NCBI GenBank assembly: GCA_016212505.1
Contig: JACRGB010000046.1
Span: 1-61,173 of the forward strand
Source of the DNA: Candidatus Micrarchaeota archaeon
Lineage (GTDB): Archaea; Micrarchaeota; Micrarchaeia; Anstonellales; Bilamarchaeaceae
Reading direction: 5' to 3'
DNA length: 61,173 nt
Each line of letters opens with the position of its first letter. Position 1 is the first letter of the stretch. The position numbers were made by a program, and so were the translations under genes. The notes below the pieces were generated by a model that saw only the letters and a program-made list of their open reading frames with translations, ran no database searches and was not told the origin of the DNA. Below, piece by piece: positions 55,963 to 61,173 of this stretch.

Positions 55963-56952
55963 ATGCGACGAAGATTGGATAACCATCACTTTGATGCAAG
56001 AAAAAATAGCGCGATGGAACGTCGAGTGCAGATGCAGAGAGATTTAGCTGCCTTAGGAAGGGAAGGGCAGAAAAAAGAACGGCCAGGCCAAGGTTATATA
56101 ACAAGTATTTTGATAACTGTTCCTAATCCGCAATCCCCATCCATGCGATTTGAAATCCCTAATCAGCTAGAGGGGCCTGCCAATACCGAACCAAAACCGA
56201 AAGAAGTAGCTGTGACTGCTCCAGTAACTCCTTCAGTAACTACTCCGGAAACAAGTTTGGCCGTACAACCATCAAATGCGGTTGCATTAGCTACGGAAAG
56301 TCCAGTTCAAATGTCCTTAGCCAGAAGAGTTGGCACTGCACTTGAAGCATTTTTTGGTCCTGGAATTGCAGGGTCAGTAATAGGGTTTGGTGCAGGAGGG
56401 GCAGGGATTCTTACCCTTCACGCTTTTGCTTCAGAAGCAAGCATAACAGCAGCAGGAATCTTGGGATTAGCTGCTTTTATTGCAGGTTTAGTGTGGTTTA
56501 AATTTTTCAGAAGCATGGTTAGAATAGGTGAATGGGCATATGAAAGAAAAACAGGGCAAGAACTGCCTGAGCGGGATGAACCAGAATTAACTGGCAGAGC
56601 TGGAAGAGCTGGATTTTATCTTGGAAGTGGAATTGGAGCAGCCTTTTTAGAATTATTACATCGGATGGCTCAAGGTGGAGGGGAGGTCGGTTTCGTGGTA
56701 TTTTTAGCGCTTGGCGGAATTGCGGGAAGTTTAGGATACCTGCACAAAACCGAACTGCCACGACCAAAAAGAATACGCGCGAAAGCACCGCCAGACCCGA
56801 ATGAACTAATAGTACTTCCGGAAGGCGAAGCTTTGGAAAGCTTAGTTGATGATCAAGAACGATTTAGGCAGTTTGTAAGGGCACTACCTCCAGCACAAGT
56901 AGACGAATTTGAAGAAAGATTATCTCGAATACGCAGGAAAAAACCCGAGTAA
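55963..56952 (+). CDS. Hypothetical membrane protein (ORFan)
   Basis: Pro/Thr-rich N-terminus, four Gly-rich TM segments, charged C-terminus. Confidence 0.72.
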   Translation: MRRRLDNHHFDARKNSAMERRVQMQRDLAALGREGQKKERPGQGYITSILITVPNPQSPSMRFEIPNQLEGPANTEPKPKEVAVTAPVTPSVTTPETSLAVQPSNAVALATESPVQMSLARRVGTALEAFFGPGIAGSVIGFGAGGAGILTLHAFASEASITAAGILGLAAFIAGLVWFKFFRSMVRIGEWAYERKTGQELPERDEPELTGRAGRAGFYLGSGIGAAFLELLHRMAQGGGEVGFVVFLALGGIAGSLGYLHKTELPRPKRIRAKAPPDPNELIVLPEGEALESLVDDQERFRQFVRALPPAQVDEFEERLSRIRRKKPE

Positions 56953-57037
56953 CATCGATTTTTCAAGGAATTTTCAAGAGTTTTCAAAAAGTCGTGAATT
57001 AGAATAATCTTATTAAACACAAAGCAAAATCATAATT

Positions 57038-57397
57038 GTGAATTTTAGCGAAAAATTAATCTATCATCAAATAGTTCCGGTTAAATTAGCGGTCGACATT
57101 GTTGCTGGCCTCGCAGCATTGCCACTTTGTTGGGATCATGAAGTTTTGCTTAGTTTGGCTGTTGGGGCTGGACCACCAGTTGTTGTTTCTGCATTCCTCC
57201 TGGCTTTTGTGGACCTTGAAAAATATAAAAAATCAGACCTTGGCAAAAAGATGAAGAACTCTGATCCGATACTTCATGCCGCCAGGCTGCTCGGATTTGC
57301 AATTTCAGCCACTGGCGCATGGTACCACGATATTTGGGTCATTGCAGCAGGCCTTGGCGTAATCGGAATGTGCTGGGCAATAATAGTCAAAAAATAG
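57038..57397 (+). CDS. Small membrane protein
   Basis: EKLIYHQIVPVKL, four hydrophobic segments; GTG start. Confidence 0.7.
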   Translation: MNFSEKLIYHQIVPVKLAVDIVAGLAALPLCWDHEVLLSLAVGAGPPVVVSAFLLAFVDLEKYKKSDLGKKMKNSDPILHAARLLGFAISATGAWYHDIWVIAAGLGVIGMCWAIIVKK

Positions 57398-57442
57398 CAA
57401 GCCAATTCCATCTATTTTTAATTTTTCATATACACTAATTGG

Positions 57443-58342
57443 ATGATTAAAATGGAAGAACTAGACAATTTCAGGCAGGCAGGAAAAATAGCTTCAAAAA
57501 TACGCAATGAAAGCAAGGGCCTGGTAATGGTAGGCGCATCATTTTTGGATATTGCAGAAACAATAGAGCAAATGATCCACGATGAAGGGGCAAGGCCGGC
57601 ATTTCCGGTCAATATTTCGGTTAATGAAATAGCAGCGCACTACACGCCTGAGTTTGAGGCAGAGGGAACGCTGGGAGAAAAGGATTTAGTAAAAATTGAT
57701 TTGGGTGTGGAAGTAAATGGCGCACTTTCTGATACTGCCCATACGATCGACCTTAGCGGGGATTACGAGAAGTTGGTCACTGCGTCGCAAGAAGCACTTG
57801 AAAATGCGATAAAAACAATAAAACCAGGAGTAGCGGTTGGCGAAGTTGGCGGAGTGGTTGAGGATACCATAAGAAAATACGGCTATAAGCCGATCTCAAA
57901 CCTTTCGGGCCATATGATAAAATCCAATGAGCTTCATGCTGGAATAGACATTCCGAACATACGGACCCGCGATCCTTACCAGTTTAAGGAAGGGGAAATC
58001 TTTGCGGTTGAACCTTTTGCAACCAATGGCGCGGGCCATGTGGAAGACCTTGAGCAGGTTGAAATTTTCTCACTATATGCGCCGTCAACGGTAAGGATGA
58101 GGCAATCAAGAAAGATAGTGGAATTTGCACTAAAGAATTTTGGGATGCTCCCATTTGCTGAAAGGTGGATAAGAAAGGAATTTCCATCCAAGCTTCTGGT
58201 GAGCGCTGCACTGAAAGAATTATTGCAAAGCCAGATGGTACGGGGCTATCCGGTTTTACGTGAAAGCGGAAAAGGAATGGTAGCGCAGACTGAGCATACG
58301 ATATTGGTAACAAATGATGGGTGCGAAGTTTTGACGAAATAA
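57443..58342 (+). CDS. map: Methionine aminopeptidase type II
   Basis: AFPVN, AAHYTP, KIDLG, DTA, NLSGH, AVEPF, QTEHT. Confidence 0.96.
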   Translation: MIKMEELDNFRQAGKIASKIRNESKGLVMVGASFLDIAETIEQMIHDEGARPAFPVNISVNEIAAHYTPEFEAEGTLGEKDLVKIDLGVEVNGALSDTAHTIDLSGDYEKLVTASQEALENAIKTIKPGVAVGEVGGVVEDTIRKYGYKPISNLSGHMIKSNELHAGIDIPNIRTRDPYQFKEGEIFAVEPFATNGAGHVEDLEQVEIFSLYAPSTVRMRQSRKIVEFALKNFGMLPFAERWIRKEFPSKLLVSAALKELLQSQMVRGYPVLRESGKGMVAQTEHTILVTNDGCEVLTK

Positions 58343-58355
58343 TTTTTCTTATAGC

Positions 58356-58443
58356 CGCCGCAGGAAAAAATGCGGCGTCCATAGCAAGCCACGCTGAGGT
58401 AAACACCACTAGACTGAGTCGCAAAACTTTCGTGGCTTGCTAT
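58356..58443. repeat. Two stem-loops between convergent genes (terminator or hairpin module)
   Basis: CGCCGCA-ggaaaaaa-TGCGGCG (58356-58377) and the 13-bp stem ATAGCAAGCCACG/CGTGGCTTGCTAT (58381-58393/58431-58443). Confidence 0.72.
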
Positions 58444-58462
58444 AATAGAAAGAAGAAACAGA

Positions 58463-59815
58463 TCAGCGAAGAACTCCGGAAGTTACAACTGCTTCAGTGA
58501 CTATTCTTGCAAATGCATCCATAAAGTATTTTTTCGTCCGCTCTGCGTTCGCTTCAATTTGGGCTGCAGCATTAGGATCTCTTGCGCGTACCATTTGTGC
58601 AAATGAAGCAACATCCATCTGCTGAACAAATGGATTGCCTGAACTTACGGTCTTGCAGTCTAGCCATTCCAGAGTTGCAAATGTCATTAAAAGTTCACTA
58701 TCGATAAAATGGAATGTGTTCTGCACAAAAGGAACTAGTTCAGGACAATAAGTATATGCCTTGACTATTTGCTCGGCAATTCTGCGGAATGTCCTTTCGA
58801 TTTCTTCTTCTGGAACCACTCTATCCTCGCTGATTCCTGTTGCTGAAGGATTTAATGCTGCATCATATGCACGTGTTGCAATTTTATCAGTAAGTAGTTT
58901 TAACTTAATTTCAGCATGGATAATATGGAGGATGCCCATCATCGCCATATCACTCAAGAGGTCAACTCTCCCGACCGGCGGATGTGCCCGTTTTAATGCA
59001 AAAGTGCTCATTGGAGCTTGCTGGGTTAAATCAACTAATGCAATAATTGGGCTGAGGAAAACCTGCCGGTCAGCAGATGAGAAAAACGGAAGGCCAAAAT
59101 GCTGAAGAAGGCCGAAATTATTATTTGATGCAGCAGATAATGCAATTGCTGGATAAACCTGGCGGGAAGGATTATGATTTTGCTGGGCAAAATAATGGCG
59201 TAAGAAACTTGTTGCAAGGCAATATGCTTCCATCATATGAACTTGCATTATTGCTGAACTGCTATCCATTGGATTTCTTTGTCGCCTCTCGGGTTGGGTA
59301 AGTATTTGTCCTGCAACAGGAAGAATATCAGGAACTTTCCTATAGGGCCTTAAAAGCGTAAAACCATAATGAGCATTTTGGGGTATTTTTGGGAAAGCTG
59401 CTGCACCTTCTTCTCCAAGTGGATCTTCTGGCCGGAAAGAATCGACAACCGTGTCAATTAGATCCCCAACAGGCAAATTTTTACGGCCCCGAACGATTTC
59501 TGGAATACGATTTGCAATAACTCCCATCTGATCGGCAAAAGGGCCTTTATCCAAAGGAAGCGACCTGCCGGGTTCGTTTAATTTGGCATGGGCATCCCGA
59601 ATAACCGCAAATAGTTCATCTGGGGTTAACGGACGATCGGCTTGGGCAGGAAGCGCATGAAGCCTATCGGCATCAACTAAATGAGGGGCAAATATTTTTT
59701 GAGGGCCTTGTGGACGTGAACCATAAGAAACGACATAATGGTCATGACCTGGATGAGGGGTTAATGTTTTGCCTAAACGAATTTTCATTATCTGGTCTTT
59801 TGGGATTGGCATCAA
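58463..59815 (-). CDS. Hypothetical protein (ORFan)
   Basis: 450-aa ORF; no motif recognised. Confidence 0.75.
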   Translation of the reverse strand: MMPIPKDQIMKIRLGKTLTPHPGHDHYVVSYGSRPQGPQKIFAPHLVDADRLHALPAQADRPLTPDELFAVIRDAHAKLNEPGRSLPLDKGPFADQMGVIANRIPEIVRGRKNLPVGDLIDTVVDSFRPEDPLGEEGAAAFPKIPQNAHYGFTLLRPYRKVPDILPVAGQILTQPERRQRNPMDSSSAIMQVHMMEAYCLATSFLRHYFAQQNHNPSRQVYPAIALSAASNNNFGLLQHFGLPFFSSADRQVFLSPIIALVDLTQQAPMSTFALKRAHPPVGRVDLLSDMAMMGILHIIHAEIKLKLLTDKIATRAYDAALNPSATGISEDRVVPEEEIERTFRRIAEQIVKAYTYCPELVPFVQNTFHFIDSELLMTFATLEWLDCKTVSSGNPFVQQMDVASFAQMVRARDPNAAAQIEANAERTKKYFMDAFARIVTEAVVTSGVLR

Positions 59816-59888
59816 AATTCACAAATATATTGTGGACGAAACGGTTTTTAAATAGTTGTGTTAAAAGAAATAATTAAGTGATACTGCT

Positions 59889-60959
59889 ATGCCTCAACCT
59901 CAAGTCGCAATAAGGGAATTAGTTCCAAACGGATGGAAAACAGTAGCCAGAAGGGGAATTACTGACATCGATAATATTAGAGCAAGAGGTTTCAGCCAAA
60001 TACGCGCGTTTGCACAATTTAGATCTGCTCTGGAGAGAATAGAAAGAACTGGAGATCCTAGGCTAGTATCTGGACAGGTTGATCGTTTAATAAGAGTGTT
60101 TGATGGTGGAGAAAATGCCTTAAGAACGTTAAAAGGAGTAGCGGCGGATTTGGGATCTTTTACTGCGTTTTGCTTAGAAGTAGTTGGAAGTGCCTATGGA
60201 GAATCGGTTCCAATTTTGTTGGCAAGACAGGGCATATTTCCTGCAATAGAAGCAGAAGTGGGAGATAGACCATCTCAAATTTATGTCATGCATGAAGGAG
60301 ATTTAAAATATATTGCAGGTAAATTTGTTTACAATCCAGATAAGCCAGCTTACTTTGCCTTAACTAACATAAAACACTTAAGTGCTGTGTGCGCGTACAG
60401 AAATCAATTGGAAATAAAAGATGCAATTGATGAAATTTTTAATGAACACCCTATTATTGACTTGTTAAAGGAAATTCAGAAACATAAAGATGGCAAACAC
60501 TCAGTATTAGATAAAATGTATAGGCAAGATATGTTCGACGTGCACCCTGTAGTATTTTTAGTTAGAAAAGAAGTAATAAAATTGGCCAGAGAACTTGGTC
60601 TAGATATAGATGACTATTTAAGAAAGGTTTCATTAGCTGTACCAAAAGTTACAGTATTGTACTGTCTTGCTTCAGCACACAATTTCGCAAGTGTTTTTGA
60701 TGGGTTAACCAAATCAGAATTTTTTGGAAGTCCTGACCGTGCACTAATATTGCAATTATATAGAACAATGTTTCTTGCAAACCAGTTATTTAATGCCCAA
60801 AAAGTCGATGTGGAAACTATAGGTTTCGCATTAGGCGGAAATTTTGAAGAGACATGGGCACAGTTGGAGCAGATAAAGGCTGATCCAGTATTACAAGTTG
60901 AATTCACACGAACATATTTTCCCAGCTTATTTATTCCTACAATCCATACCCCAAAATAG
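59889..60959 (+). CDS. Hypothetical protein (ORFan)
   Basis: 356-aa ORF; LLARQG segment weakly PRTase-like but no PRPP motif. Confidence 0.72.
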   Translation: MPQPQVAIRELVPNGWKTVARRGITDIDNIRARGFSQIRAFAQFRSALERIERTGDPRLVSGQVDRLIRVFDGGENALRTLKGVAADLGSFTAFCLEVVGSAYGESVPILLARQGIFPAIEAEVGDRPSQIYVMHEGDLKYIAGKFVYNPDKPAYFALTNIKHLSAVCAYRNQLEIKDAIDEIFNEHPIIDLLKEIQKHKDGKHSVLDKMYRQDMFDVHPVVFLVRKEVIKLARELGLDIDDYLRKVSLAVPKVTVLYCLASAHNFASVFDGLTKSEFFGSPDRALILQLYRTMFLANQLFNAQKVDVETIGFALGGNFEETWAQLEQIKADPVLQVEFTRTYFPSLFIPTIHTPK

Positions 60960-61173
60960 TGAAACCCGCTAAAATAAAAAAGTAGCACCATCTATTTCTT
61001 ATCAAGGACTCGTGGTCTAATTACCTCAGACGCCGCGGTAGCTGTTGAAAAAGTCAATGAACTCTCTGATCTAATATTAAAAAAATAAGCTGAAGCTTAG
61101 GAAGCCACTGGCTTCCAGCTTAATTTTACAAATCTCTTCAGATTTACCACCATTGATATAAGTGAAACCTGAA

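Noticed and set aside
60960-61173. Partial minus-strand gene or frameshift at the window end
   Set aside because: The open frame from the edge stops within a T7 run near 61078; there is too little sequence to call a gene or a frameshift.

Overview
A 61 kb archaeal chromosomal segment, most likely from a DPANN archaeon of the Micrarchaeota type. This is inferred from separate priS/priL genes, a ~390-aa single-chain (epsilon-type-sized) tRNA splicing endonuclease, PolD DP1, aCPSF1, aIF2-gamma, S6e, thermosome and proteasome beta. The housekeeping backbone carries an 11-gene copper/heavy-metal cluster (8.0-15.1 kb), a complete proBAC operon, two deoxyhypusine-synthase paralogues flanking a VapBC pair, an ArsR-DsbA-SufS operon and about 16 solitary ORFans. 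Several ORFans keep catalytic motifs: transglutaminase, Hanks kinase, caspase-like, zincin and degenerate PP2C. The most striking signals are non-coding. (1) All three tRNA genes are interrupted: tRNA-Trp(CCA) and tRNA-Arg(TCT) each have three introns (D-arm, anticodon loop, T-loop) and tRNA-Ser(GCT) has one. (2) Intergenic spaces hold two families of dense tandem-hairpin arrays with conserved stems and variable loops. (3) The introns share 11-18 nt modules with each other and with those arrays, and small hairpin inserts with target-like duplications sit at two tRNA 3' ends and at the 3' end of endA. Together these suggest a pool of mobile hairpin modules moving between tRNA introns and intergenic DNA. 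That is a hypothesis. No database searches or folding programs were run; all calls come from reading the sequence and ORF translations.
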